The translations under genes and the position numbers were made by a program. Below the pieces are notes generated by a model. That model did no database searches. It saw only the letters and a list, made by a program, of their open reading frames with translations, and was not told where the DNA came from. This document shows positions 1-8,988 of a stretch of 64,000 bases of DNA, piece after piece. Each line of letters begins with the position of its first letter. Positions within the stretch are counted from its first letter, which is position 1. The stretch is from a virus. The stretch lies in UHGV virus genome UHGV-1383976, one strand, 5' to 3'.

Positions 1-523
1 TCAATACCTCTTTATTAGGAGTAAATCTAAAAGTAGAACCGGTAGTTAATATATCTCGAACTTTCTGGCTTTTAGGAGAAGCAGGAATACCATCATTAAA
101 TTTTAAATAATATTCTGCGCCTTCTCTTCGACTCCATACTTCAAATATACTTGAACAAACGCAAACCGCCGATGTCCCAATTCCATGACAACCGCGTACC
201 TTTTTGTAATTTATCGTATCAAATTTACCTGAGCTGTGCGCGGAACTGAAAAGTTCAATAAGAACTTCCTCACAGTCCTTATTTGGTCCCCTAGGGACTC
301 CCGCCCCACTATCTACACACATTAAAGTATTGCAATCATCAGAAAGAGTAATTTCAATTTTATTTCCTCGGCCCATCATTGCTTCATCACAAGCATTATT
401 CAAGACTTCAAGAAAACAATTGAACGCCGCATCTTGCGCGGTTGCACCTAAGTACATACCCGGAGTTGAGCGGCAGGCCGTTCTGAAGTCTCTTACTTGG
501 ATAGAATTAGCATCATAACTCAT
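1..523 (-). CDS. Type II topoisomerase ATPase subunit (GyrB/ParE/T4 gp39-like), N-terminal part. The gene runs out of the window at its 3' end.
   Basis: Minus-strand ORF from the ATG at 521-523 (complement). The translation MSYDANSIQVRDF...CFLEVLNNACDEAMMG...DSGAGVPRG...SSGKFD...GCHGIGTSAVCV carries GHKL ATPase motifs. SD gaggtaaaaaaa lies upstream. Confidence 0.65.
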   Translation of the reverse strand, partial: MSYDANSIQVRDFRTACRSTPGMYLGATAQDAAFNCFLEVLNNACDEAMMGRGNKIEITLSDDCNTLMCVDSGAGVPRGPNKDCEEVLIELFSSAHSSGKFDTINYKKVRGCHGIGTSAVCVCSSIFEVWSRREGAEYYLKFNDGIPASPKSQKVRDILTTGSTFRFTPNKEVL

Positions 524-535
524 TTTTTTACCTCA

Positions 536-1255
536 TCATTCTAACTCTAAATCTTCCCATATAACATCTCGTCCTCTTTGATAATAAACACATAAAAGCG
601 GAATATTATTTTTCTTACAATATTCTTCTTTCATTTTATCGTGTTTTATCAATTCATCACTAAAAAATCCATTAGAGGGCTGGGTATGTTGTTCCCCTTG
701 AAATTCAATTAATTTTATTAGTTCTCTATTGTTATTAAAAATGGCGAAATCAAAGCGAAGCGACAACTGATCTTTCAAATCATCAAAAATATATTCTTTC
801 TCATATAAAATTCCGTGTTTTTTCAAAAGCGTTTCTATTTGAAATTCTCCTTTTGATCGCATACAACCACAAGACGTAGTGTCTCCAATAGCAAGATAAG
901 TATGTTGAACACGGCAATAATTTCCACAATCGCACAGACACTTATATATCCGATTTCTTTTTCCATTTGGTTTTACAATAAATCCATCTTCAGACAGCAC
1001 TTGTAATTTTCCAATTTTTTGGCCAACTAAAGAACCGCCGCGTTTTAGATTCGACTCAACAGCTCTTTGCTTTTGATAACACCCGCAAGATTTTGTGTTG
1101 CCACTTCTAAGATGCTTCCCCAGAACGACAACCCCATTGCCACATCTACAACGGCATTTCCAACGTGCCCTTCTATCTTTAGAATTTTCGGCTCTTCCTA
1201 TTACTTCCAAATAGCCATATTGATTACCTATTTCATTTATTACGGTGCTTCCCAT
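536..1255 (-). CDS. Cys-rich protein with duplicated zinc-binding modules (YKCxCxCGN...SCGC repeated); function unknown, possibly homing-endonuclease-associated
   Basis: 239-aa ORF. Two repeats: KCRCRCGNGVVVLGKHLRSGNTKSCGC and KCLCDCGNYCRVQHTYLAIGDTTSCGC. Confidence 0.45.
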   Translation of the reverse strand: MGSTVINEIGNQYGYLEVIGRAENSKDRRARWKCRCRCGNGVVVLGKHLRSGNTKSCGCYQKQRAVESNLKRGGSLVGQKIGKLQVLSEDGFIVKPNGKRNRIYKCLCDCGNYCRVQHTYLAIGDTTSCGCMRSKGEFQIETLLKKHGILYEKEYIFDDLKDQLSLRFDFAIFNNNRELIKLIEFQGEQHTQPSNGFFSDELIKHDKMKEEYCKKNNIPLLCVYYQRGRDVIWEDLELE

Positions 1256-1319
1256 TTATAGCTATTTCATCTCCAATCTTATTTTTCTTTTTTAATTATA
1301 ACAAAAATTGAGGAAGAAA

Positions 1320-1547
1320 TCAAATTTCTTCCTCTAAATTCATTTTGTCGATTTGTCTTTTATCTCTTGGTGAATGGTCAACGGCTGCACCATAGGCCCC
1401 TTTATGTCGATATGATGCGTGACCATTTTTGGCTTTAGTTTTCTTTGATTTTCCTGCTGTTATGTATTTACTTATTTCACCGCTATTGGCAAAATAGCCG
1501 TCCTTTACATCGACAGCGCGCCCAGCATGATCAAGATGAGATAACAA
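1320..1547 (-). CDS. hypothetical small basic protein
   Basis: 75-aa ORF filling the gap between flanking minus-strand genes. Lys-rich. No strong RBS seen. Confidence 0.3.
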   Translation of the reverse strand: MLSHLDHAGRAVDVKDGYFANSGEISKYITAGKSKKTKAKNGHASYRHKGAYGAAVDHSPRDKRQIDKMNLEEEI

Positions 1548-1597
1548 ATGGCGGCGGCGTTCAATTTTTCTTTTTGCGAGCTTTGCGCATTTCTTCT

Positions 1598-2014
1598 TTA
1601 GTTCGACTCATTTCCTATTTCAACTCTCATTAGTTCATTATTCCCAAAAGGAATTCCACTAAAAGAAATATTTGTTGTCAATCCTTTTTCAAATGTCTCT
1701 CTTAGTATTGTCAAATTACCTCGTCCTCCAGTAATATCATTTGTCGAATAAGACTGTTCAATTGTTGTTAATTTTGGTTTTACAAATTGTGTAATATAGC
1801 AATTAAAACCTTTATATTTTGTCTTTATCTTTAAATAAAAAGGCTTTTCGTTTTCAAAATCAATACAGCTCATATCAAAATAAGTAGTTCCGCAATATGG
1901 GCATTTATTTAGTTCGGGTTCGATTGGAGCCGCGCAATTAGGACAGTTTATTTTCAAGGCTTTTCTTCCTCCCAATTTGGTGGAACAAAATTTGTTGCAA
2001 AATCCCAAACCCAC
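1598..2014 (-). CDS. zinc-ribbon protein (CPNC...CPYC)
   Basis: 138-aa ORF with a GTG start. A 46-aa ORF with ATG and a strong SD (aaaaggtggtggaatgaATG at 2121) overlaps upstream in the -1 frame, so the 5' part may be frameshifted. Confidence 0.45.
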   Translation of the reverse strand: MGLGFCNKFCSTKLGGRKALKINCPNCAAPIEPELNKCPYCGTTYFDMSCIDFENEKPFYLKIKTKYKGFNCYITQFVKPKLTTIEQSYSTNDITGGRGNLTILRETFEKGLTTNISFSGIPFGNNELMRVEIGNESN

Positions 2015-2233
2015 TTACCACGCCATACAAGAAAAAAGGTAGTGCCGCACGTATTATCAACATAAGTATCCAAAATGGGTTCAATTTTTTGTGTTTTTAT
2101 ATTCTTTGCTTTGAACATTCATTCCACCACCTTTTATTTTATTATATTATATCAAAATTTCTTTTCAAAATCAAATTTGTAGAGTTTCGGTTATATTAGC
2201 CTACTTATATAAGTCAAAGGAGGGATGATATCT

Positions 2234-2410
2234 ATGGCTGATACCAAAAAAGCCCATGAATGCCGTAATAGAATTATGGCATATGTTGCAAATAAACGCA
2301 TTAATTATCGTGTATTAGAAACTCTGTTGGACAATCTCGAAGCGGCTATTATTACTGATAATAAAACCGAAGAAACACCGATTCAACCGGAAGGCCCTTC
2401 AGAGGGATAA
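2234..2410 (+). CDS. small hypothetical protein (58 aa)
   Basis: SD aaggaggg lies 9 nt before the ATG at 2234. It is the only plus-strand gene in a minus-strand block and is followed by a bidirectional terminator. Confidence 0.45.
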   Translation: MADTKKAHECRNRIMAYVANKRINYRVLETLLDNLEAAIITDNKTEETPIQPEGPSEG

Positions 2411-2415
2411 ATTAT

Positions 2416-2448
2416 GCGCCAGTCTTTTAATAAGACTGGCGTTTTTTA
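2416..2448. terminator. bidirectional intrinsic terminator between convergent genes
   Basis: Hairpin gcgccagtctt-ttaataa-gactggcg followed by a T6 run. The complement has an A/T run too. Confidence 0.6.
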
Positions 2449-2685
2449 TTTATCTTCAGAACTCCATTTGTTAAGAGTTTTTTGATCAACTCGCAAAATG
2501 TATAAATCATCATCCTCTCCATTTTTCTGAATGAGAAGTGTATTGATGCCAAATCTATTTAAATGCGGCATAAACAAATATAGTCCTTCCAAAGTAGTGC
2601 CACAGAAGTTCATATTACGCAGATTATGATAAATAAACTGGCGTGTTGTTTCGTTTTCTCTTTCCCAATCTATTCTTTCTATCAT
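2446..2685 (-). CDS. hypothetical protein (79 aa)
   Basis: Internal ATG at 2685 with SD aggag. ATGA start/stop overlap with the upstream helicase gene suggests translational coupling. The ORF-track start at 2742 lies inside the helicase gene. Confidence 0.5.
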   Translation of the reverse strand: MIERIDWERENETTRQFIYHNLRNMNFCGTTLEGLYLFMPHLNRFGINTLLIQKNGEDDDLYILRVDQKTLNKWSSEDK

Positions 2686-3791
2686 TCCCAACTCCTGAAT
2701 TTTTGTTCTTGTTCTTTCTTGACGCGACGGCGTTTTACCCATAAAAGAAAGTCCTGAGCACGTGTAATAGCAACATAAGCAAGACGTCCTTCTTCGACCA
2801 TACCAAGCGGCGCTCTGTGAGTATAATAGTTCGGCTCAGGAATTGTTGCGCCTATTACAACGACTTTCTTTTGTTGAAGTCCTTTTGAAGAATGTATTGT
2901 GAGGACTTTAACGGTATTCTGTTTCATTTTTTCTTGGAGTTGCCCAAGATTTACTTCCTTTTGCTTGAAAGTATCGCAAAAAATGCCGCGGCTTTCAAGA
3001 TAAGATTTGACAGTTTCAAGCTGTGCATTAGTGCGAGTCAATACAAACCATTCACCAAATTTACCATCTTGAAGTATATAATTTGCAACCGTTTCCAAAT
3101 TGTAAAGAATTGTAATCTTTTTCCCCATTTCATCTCGCATTAGAGTAGAATTGTCATAATAGCCACAATTCATCCGCTCAATAGCCCATTTTCCAAATTC
3201 GTGAATAACGCGCGCATTGCGGAAATTTTCAGATAGCTTATAAGTTGCTACTCCATCAGTTTGGCTCAAATTTACAATAAGGTCAGGATTACTGCCTGCA
3301 AATGCATATATCGTTTGCTTCTCGTCCCCTAATATTGTAAATCGTTTTGGATTTACCATTTCCAGAATAAATTCAAACTGATGGTTATTACTATCCTGCG
3401 CCTCGTCAAGCAGCAAATGATCAACAGGAAAATTACTTACACAGCGCGGGTTTTGTTTTACTAAATTGAATAGTTCATCAAAATCCTCACTTTCAATCGT
3501 CTCTCTGGTTGCAATTTGTTCAGTATGAAGTAAAAAGTTTGCAAATGAATGAACAGTGCCGCAAAATCCAATTTGTAAAGGTTCAAGGCGATTTATAATT
3601 TCTTGCGCCGCATTATTTGTAAATGTAATAGCCACAATATGTGAGGGCAATGTTCCCTGAGATACAAGCCACTTTATGCGTTCAATAAGACAAAAAGTCT
3701 TTGAAGTACCCGCGCTAGACATTACGACAACCTTGTCTTCTGGTGCGGTTATTATTCTACGCTGTTGTTCTGTTATTTTTATTTCATTCAT
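2682..3791 (-). CDS. UvrD/PcrA-like superfamily 1 DNA helicase (short form)
   Basis: Walker A-like VMSSAGTSKT. Motif Ia AITFTNNAAQEIINRL. LLLDEAQD (motif II-like). 369 aa. Confidence 0.75.
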   Translation of the reverse strand: MNEIKITEQQRRIITAPEDKVVVMSSAGTSKTFCLIERIKWLVSQGTLPSHIVAITFTNNAAQEIINRLEPLQIGFCGTVHSFANFLLHTEQIATRETIESEDFDELFNLVKQNPRCVSNFPVDHLLLDEAQDSNNHQFEFILEMVNPKRFTILGDEKQTIYAFAGSNPDLIVNLSQTDGVATYKLSENFRNARVIHEFGKWAIERMNCGYYDNSTLMRDEMGKKITILYNLETVANYILQDGKFGEWFVLTRTNAQLETVKSYLESRGIFCDTFKQKEVNLGQLQEKMKQNTVKVLTIHSSKGLQQKKVVVIGATIPEPNYYTHRAPLGMVEEGRLAYVAITRAQDFLLWVKRRRVKKEQEQKFRSWE

Positions 3792-4603
3792 TATCCTACT
3801 CTCTCATTCAATCCAAATTTTTTTGTATCATAAAATTCAGTCCAATATTTTTCGCGTTCAGTTAGCTTATCTTTTGAAACTTTTTCCAGCAATTCAAAAG
3901 TAAAGTTTTCAATCCCATCTTCCTCCATTATGGTATGAAGGCGCGAATGACTGATGGTGCCACAATGATAGGCAGACTTAGCGTGTTGAACCCAACGGTC
4001 GCGCACATTTGTGGATTTGCCTATATAAATTTCGCCTGTTTTTTCACGTGTGATTTTATAGATGCCACTTGGTTGTTCTCCGTTTAAGACACGGCGTGTC
4101 ATTTCAAGGACAGGTTTAGCACAATAAGTATCATAAATCATCTTGTCAATATCAATTCGACGATTGAGCCGTGGAGCAATTTCTCGCAAAACTTGTATAT
4201 CACTTAACGCTTCAGGAGACAAATTGATTTTGAAGAAGGTTTGTTCTTCGATTTTCTTTTTTTCACGACGTATATCTTCATTTAGAACTTCGCGGCGTTC
4301 ACGCAAAGCGTCAAGAGTCTTTTGGACAATATCACATTGATATTGCGCGTCTTGCGTTTCTTGACTTATTTGTTCCATTCGAGCGTTATGTTGAAGTTCA
4401 ACCTCATCAAGCTCTTGTCGATATTTTTCTCTTACTTCTAAGACATTGCGCGCTGCTTCGTCTATAATTTCTTTTTCTTTTCGTAAAACTAAATTTCTTT
4501 TATAATAGTGAATGTATATAAAGTTAACAATTATCAGAGCAGCTATTATGAATATGGCCATCACAATTCCTCCTATATTTCTTACTATATATAAGTATAA
4601 CAT
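3791..4603 (-). CDS. GIY-YIG nuclease with N-terminal transmembrane helix and coiled-coil region
   Basis: C-terminal GIYKITREKTGEIYIGKSTNVRDRWVQH matches the GIY-YIG signature. The N-terminus IVMAIFIIAALIIVNFIYI is hydrophobic. The middle is rich in E/R/K heptads. Confidence 0.7.
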   Translation of the reverse strand: MLYLYIVRNIGGIVMAIFIIAALIIVNFIYIHYYKRNLVLRKEKEIIDEAARNVLEVREKYRQELDEVELQHNARMEQISQETQDAQYQCDIVQKTLDALRERREVLNEDIRREKKKIEEQTFFKINLSPEALSDIQVLREIAPRLNRRIDIDKMIYDTYCAKPVLEMTRRVLNGEQPSGIYKITREKTGEIYIGKSTNVRDRWVQHAKSAYHCGTISHSRLHTIMEEDGIENFTFELLEKVSKDKLTEREKYWTEFYDTKKFGLNERVG

Positions 4604-4622
4604 AAAAAAGGCTGGAAGTCAA
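4580..4622 (-). promoter_or_regulatory. class I sigma70-type promoter on the minus strand, overlapping an upstream terminator hairpin
   Basis: Read on the minus strand: TTGACT(in the terminator stem)-17-TATACT, then tATATATAGTAAGAAA and SD AGGAGG, then the ATG of 3791..4603. Confidence 0.5.
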
Positions 4623-4645
4623 ATTTTTGACTTCCAGCTTATATT

Positions 4646-5203
4646 TTATGGGTTGGGTTCATCCTCTAATACTTGCCAACACGACATTCGTGTATAATAT
4701 TTGTCTATATAACTATTACCTTTGAGCTTTTTATAGTCTTTATAAAGAGTATCCAATTGTTCTTTTACAGACATAGGAAAAATTCTTACATCTCGATAGG
4801 CATGATATATATCCATTATATTCGCGCGCAAGATATTCTTTTGGCTAATGGCTAGTAAATTTATTTGTTCGCTTTGTCGAGTATTGGTTTCTTCAATTCT
4901 ATCTAAGCGTTCATCAATCCCGTCAAGCCGAGTATCAATATTACCCAACTGTTTTTGTATAGGGGCGAGTTTCTTTTCAATTTCTTTTCCGACTTCTCCT
5001 GCTCGTCTCTGTTTTATTTTACTCCAAAGACCTTGAAAGAAGCCAAATTTTTTACAAATTTTTTCAAATCCATCGGCGACAAGGTAAATAGCTATAACTA
5101 CGCCACCGATAAGTTCTGGTGAAAGTTCCATTCGCTCACCTCCTCGTCTTATAGAAGTAGCAATTAGAGCATTTATTATACAGAATTTTGATGCTCTCTC
5201 CAA
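4646..5203 (-). CDS. hypothetical coiled-coil protein
   Basis: 185-aa ORF. N-terminal hydrophobic segment, then a region rich in E/K/R/L. Its stop is followed by the terminator hairpin gctggaagtcaaaaatttgacttccagcc plus a T-run. Confidence 0.5.
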   Translation of the reverse strand: MERASKFCIINALIATSIRRGGERMELSPELIGGVVIAIYLVADGFEKICKKFGFFQGLWSKIKQRRAGEVGKEIEKKLAPIQKQLGNIDTRLDGIDERLDRIEETNTRQSEQINLLAISQKNILRANIMDIYHAYRDVRIFPMSVKEQLDTLYKDYKKLKGNSYIDKYYTRMSCWQVLEDEPNP

Positions 5204-5553
5204 ACTTCATCATTATGCCAACGAGATTTCGCGCGATATTTATCCTGAAATAGTTCGTGCGCATTAGTAAGCGAATAAATATCCCAAAATGGGATGATAT
5301 ACAAGGGAATACAATTGGCTAGTGCATAACTGATTTTTCGGCGATCATGCTCTTGTTGTTTCAGTAAGCCACTACGACCGCCAAAGACTTCATAATAATG
5401 TTGTTGACCATTTACTTCGATAAGGCCGTGCGGCGTTGAAAAATCATAACGGAACCGACCGCCGCGCAAATCCGTGTAAGATACTTCTTTTTGATAATCA
5501 ATATGAGATTTTTGAAGTAAATCGCTTATAAAATTTTCATAATGGCTAGCCAT
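5176..5553 (-). CDS. Vsr/DUF559-like PD-(D/E)xK endonuclease (putative)
   Basis: RFRYDFSTPHGLIEVNGQQHY resembles the Vsr-family core. The start is taken as the ATG at 5553, overlapping the ligase stop as TAATG (coupled). Confidence 0.4.
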   Translation of the reverse strand: MASHYENFISDLLQKSHIDYQKEVSYTDLRGGRFRYDFSTPHGLIEVNGQQHYYEVFGGRSGLLKQQEHDRRKISYALANCIPLYIIPFWDIYSLTNAHELFQDKYRAKSRWHNDEVWREHQNSV

Positions 5554-6662
5554 TATATTTCCTCTATTTGACGCCACAAGCACTCAGATTTGTCTTTGTC
5601 ATCACGGAAGCGCACAAATTTAGGATGTCGCAACATTTTATCATCCGTTAGCTGCATTGCGCTTACTTCAATAACACGGCCAGCATAAGATTCGGGATGA
5701 GACTTTATTTCTTCAGTAAGGCCACTAAGAAAACCAATAGGATGAATCTTATCATTATTATACACCGCGATTTCAAGACTGCCGGCCATTCCATAAAAGA
5801 ATGATTTTGTGACAGGTTCATACTGCGCGCCTTTTGAAAATTCTTTATAAAAATTGCCTTTCTTGAACTCGTTAGTTTTAGTATCAAGCCAATACTCCCA
5901 CGTTTCAATCTCTTTGCCAATATAAGTGCGGGTTGGCTTTGTATAGCGTCCAGTAAAGAAACAATCAATTGTGTCTTCAAGTTCCTTCTTTATTTTGAGG
6001 GAAATCTTAGTTGAACGTTTGCCCGGCTGGTAGATACCATTCTCATTTAGAATAACACCACCCTCACCGCCAGCCGCAAGAGTGTCAGCTATCATATTCC
6101 ACAGTTCCTGTCCCCAATAAAACCTTGCGGCAGTTGCATAGAGATAATGATTATCTTTTACTATATCATCAATATGCGCTAAATAAGACATACGAACTTT
6201 TGCTGGTTGATTCATAAGAGATATGCCATCCCAAGCCAGTATATCAAAAGCATAAAAATGAAGCTTATCATTTTTCTGGCGTGCGATTGCCTTGTCGGTA
6301 AGAGCGCCCATTACTTTGGTGACTTCGCTAGATCCTTCGTGTGTTGGAAAATAAATTTCACCAAGAATACAGGTTCCAATCGGCAAGGCATCAAAAAATG
6401 ATTGAAGTTGTGGGACGTGGTCGAGTTTATCAGCAAAATCGCCACTTACACCACGAGAGCGACTAAGTAGCATCATATTGTTATCTTCATCTTTTACAAA
6501 TTTAGAGAAGTAGCCATCCATCTTACGAGCACCCATCCATTCACCAGAAAAGACGCGCTTACGTGCCTCTTCTTTTGGATCACCTTTATAGGACTTTGGA
6601 TGAGCGTAATAACGCATTGGTTCCATCTCTTTGAAATTAAATCCATCTATATAGCCAAGCAT
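5553..6662 (-). CDS. ATP-dependent DNA (or RNA) ligase
   Basis: Motif I KMDGY (KxDG). Motif IV-like GGEGGVIL. Motif V KISLKIKK. 369 aa. Confidence 0.65.
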   Translation of the reverse strand: MLGYIDGFNFKEMEPMRYYAHPKSYKGDPKEEARKRVFSGEWMGARKMDGYFSKFVKDEDNNMMLLSRSRGVSGDFADKLDHVPQLQSFFDALPIGTCILGEIYFPTHEGSSEVTKVMGALTDKAIARQKNDKLHFYAFDILAWDGISLMNQPAKVRMSYLAHIDDIVKDNHYLYATAARFYWGQELWNMIADTLAAGGEGGVILNENGIYQPGKRSTKISLKIKKELEDTIDCFFTGRYTKPTRTYIGKEIETWEYWLDTKTNEFKKGNFYKEFSKGAQYEPVTKSFFYGMAGSLEIAVYNNDKIHPIGFLSGLTEEIKSHPESYAGRVIEVSAMQLTDDKMLRHPKFVRFRDDKDKSECLWRQIEEI

Positions 6663-6734
6663 TTTGTGGCCTCCTATCTTTTCTTTTTTAGAAACATTCT
6701 TTTTGTTTATTTTTCTTGAAGTAATTTTTTCTTT

Positions 6735-6800
6735 TCTTAACTTATAAGTATTACTTATAAGTAAGACACATACATATCTTACTTATAAGTACAACTTACA
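6735..6800. repeat. mini-cluster of 3 ACTTATAAGT palindromic iterons in the leader and promoter region of the leftward ligase operon
   Basis: cttataagtattacttataagtaagacacatacatatcttacttataagtacaac. The same 10-bp palindrome forms the large array at 53.3-53.8 kb. Confidence 0.55.
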
Positions 6801-6832
6801 TTTTATATTATATATTTATAATACGCTTTGGC

Positions 6833-7402
6833 TTACGTGTTTACTATACCAGAATTTTGGAAAGAAGTCAAATTTTTGATAAATCGCTTTGCTTCAACTT
6901 CTAAGTCCTCAAAAGTTTGATTGTTGTCTATTATATAGTCATATTCATAGTTAAGGACATTTGCATCAGCATGATTTGATGCCTTTGAAGCCTCCGCTGA
7001 ATCGCGCCGTATAAGTAAGGTCGTACCATTTGTGGCCTTCTTGAGCTTGTCAATTTCGGCAGGTTCGCGCACATCTACAAAAATAAAACCTTTTCGCGGA
7101 TCGATTTGATAGGACAGCAATTCATCTTCAAACTCGCGCACGTATTTCATTATATCACGGAAAGGCGCATTGTTGTATGCACTCATTAGATCTTTTAAGT
7201 CTGACAGAAATTTACGATCACGTGGTTCTTTTACACCTTGCCAACCAACTTTCGCGGCAACCTCTTTTACCAGATCTACGCTACTACGCGCCCTATAATA
7301 TGGGCCGAGAATAAAGCTACACATTTGTTCAAACGTAGTTTTGCCACTACTGGGCGCACCATTTACTATAACCACATTTACGTGATTTTCAGCTATTTCC
7401 AT
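6833..7402 (-). CDS. P-loop kinase (dNMP kinase or polynucleotide kinase-like)
   Basis: Walker A VVIVNGAPSSGKTT. 189 aa. Confidence 0.5.
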   Translation of the reverse strand: MEIAENHVNVVIVNGAPSSGKTTFEQMCSFILGPYYRARSSVDLVKEVAAKVGWQGVKEPRDRKFLSDLKDLMSAYNNAPFRDIMKYVREFEDELLSYQIDPRKGFIFVDVREPAEIDKLKKATNGTTLLIRRDSAEASKASNHADANVLNYEYDYIIDNNQTFEDLEVEAKRFIKNLTSFQNSGIVNT

Positions 7403-7922
7403 TTACCATTTCTCCTTCAATTTTTTTTCGAGCCTTGACGGCAAGCTTATCAACTCGCTCATTATAATCTATTCCTATGTGCCCGCGCACTTTTTTCCAT
7501 TGAATGCGAGCGTTTTCAAAGTAAGGAATAAGTTCTAGCCAAAGGCCCTTATTTGCAACAGGCTTTTTTTGTGAGTTCAACCAATTGTATCTCTGCCACG
7601 ACTTGTACCATTTCTGTTCATAACAATTATGAATGTAGGCGCTGTCAGTAAATATCACACATTCATCGAAGCCAGTAAAAGGCGTTTGTTCTGTTAGATA
7701 TTTCAGCCCTTCAATAATGCCGCGCATCTCCATTTGGTTGTTGGTTGCGCCAACCTCACCGCCGCTTTGTTCAGCGATTATTCCTTTGCCTTTCTGAATC
7801 AATACAAAGCCCCAACCGCCAATAGCGCCATCCTTGCCATTTTTACTACAAGCGCCATCAGCCCAAAGCTCATACGTCATAAATCGTTGCCCCTTTCGCA
7901 AAATATGTATCATAAATGTCAC
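7389..7922 (-). CDS. ribonuclease H (RNase HI family)
   Basis: WADGAC...TNNQMEMRGIIEGLKYL...FTDSAYIHN...NKGLW match RNase H catalytic motifs. 177 aa. Confidence 0.85.
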   Translation of the reverse strand: MTFMIHILRKGQRFMTYELWADGACSKNGKDGAIGGWGFVLIQKGKGIIAEQSGGEVGATNNQMEMRGIIEGLKYLTEQTPFTGFDECVIFTDSAYIHNCYEQKWYKSWQRYNWLNSQKKPVANKGLWLELIPYFENARIQWKKVRGHIGIDYNERVDKLAVKARKKIEGEMVNGNS

Positions 7923-8337
7923 TAAAAATATTTACATTGCTTACTCGATTAGAGTGAAGTTCAAAAGCAATTAGATCAAGCGGGTCAATTTTGACATCAC
8001 CGCGTGGTTTAGCAAATGCACCAGCATAGCGGAAGTAATGGAATGACTTAGGCCCAAACTCCTTCCAAACAAATTTGACAAATGCAAACCAATTTTTTGC
8101 GGGCAAATAAATTTTGCTATCTTTTGAGAAGATTACAGTTTTAAGCGCAAGGTGTACTATAGCTTTGTAATTATTGTCAGCCGTGTCTACATTTACAGTG
8201 AACTGTATGTCACCACCCTGTATGTAATGCGAAAAATTTAGATAAGTAATCTGACAAAGGTAATCATAATAGTTATACTTATCATTTATGTCAGCAAATT
8301 CATCAGAGCGATCTTCTCCTGTTTTGAAATCATACAT
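7870..8337 (-). CDS. hypothetical protein (155 aa)
   Basis: SD ggaaaaggagg before the ATG at 8337. First gene of the leftward operon. Confidence 0.5.
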   Translation of the reverse strand: MYDFKTGEDRSDEFADINDKYNYYDYLCQITYLNFSHYIQGGDIQFTVNVDTADNNYKAIVHLALKTVIFSKDSKIYLPAKNWFAFVKFVWKEFGPKSFHYFRYAGAFAKPRGDVKIDPLDLIAFELHSNRVSNVNIFSDIYDTYFAKGATIYDV

Positions 8338-8354
8338 AATAGAAACCTCCTTTT

Positions 8355-8400
8355 CCTATTTTACTATATATAGTATAGCATAAAACTGCTAAAATTTCAA
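8355..8400 (-). promoter_or_regulatory. class I sigma70-type promoter on the minus strand, driving the leftward operon
   Basis: Read on the minus strand: TTGAAA-17-TATACT, then ATATATAGTAAAATAGGAAAAGGAGG. Confidence 0.5.
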
Positions 8401-8487
8401 GTTTCCCCTCTTTTTTGTAAAGTAAGTCTTATAAATTTACTTCTATATGAATAGAGATATTCAAATAATTTTGGGAGGTTTGACATA

Positions 8488-8772
8488 ATGGATATGTTAG
8501 CTCTTCTGCTTGCCGTTTCTATGATTGAGTGGTATATTATCGACAGAGCCAAGTCCGCAATTTGGGACCAGCTTTCTTTTGGTAAATACATCACTATGGC
8601 GGTCAGCCTGATTGCGTCCTTCTGCCTTGCCTTTGCTTTCAAGCTTGATGTGCTTGTTGCTGTTGGCCTTGTTGAGGAAGTTTCCAATGCGGGTATTATC
8701 CTGACTGGTTTTGCACTGTCTAGCGGTAGTTCTGCTATCGCTGAGATTGTTGGCGGAATTAGCGGTAAGTGA
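8488..8772 (+). CDS. small membrane protein, holin-like (94 aa, 2-3 transmembrane segments)
   Basis: SD gggagg lies 8 nt upstream. Hydrophobic segments LALLLAVSMIEWYII, ITMAVSLIASFCLAFAF and GIILTGFALSSGSSAIAEIVGGI. The overlapping minus-strand ORFs at 8397-8823 were judged spurious. Confidence 0.45.
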   Translation: MDMLALLLAVSMIEWYIIDRAKSAIWDQLSFGKYITMAVSLIASFCLAFAFKLDVLVAVGLVEEVSNAGIILTGFALSSGSSAIAEIVGGISGK

Positions 8773-8782
8773 TATAACAAGT

Positions 8783-8814
8783 GGGAGTAGAATTTTTCTA
8801 CTCCCAATTTTTTC
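8783..8814 (+). terminator. intrinsic terminator
   Basis: gggagtagaatttttctactccc followed by aatttttt. Confidence 0.6.
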
Positions 8815-8934
8815 TATCCACACCTTTTATTATAATTATATAAAATATTTTGGGTTACGCTTTTAGCATAATCCAATTTTTTTATTTTTTCAAGTTTTTG
8901 AAATTGCTTATCCATTGGATTTTATGAAAAAAAT

Positions 8935-8975
8935 TTGATTTTTCAAAAAAATGATGATATAATAAATATATAAAA
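8935..8975 (+). promoter_or_regulatory. class I promoter
   Basis: TTGATT-17-TATAAT, then aaatatataaaatgag, then SD aaaggag. Confidence 0.6.
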
Positions 8976-8988
8976 TGAGAAAGGAGAT

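Noticed and set aside
330-518. Plus-strand 62-aa ORF in the track
   Set aside because: It lies entirely inside the much better-supported minus-strand topoisomerase ATPase reading frame, which has GHKL motifs and an SD. No RBS.
8397-8823. Two overlapping minus-strand ORFs (136 and 108 aa)
   Set aside because: They are antisense to the holin-like gene, which has an SD and terminator. They also span the terminator and promoter region and have low-complexity Ser/Thr composition and no RBS.
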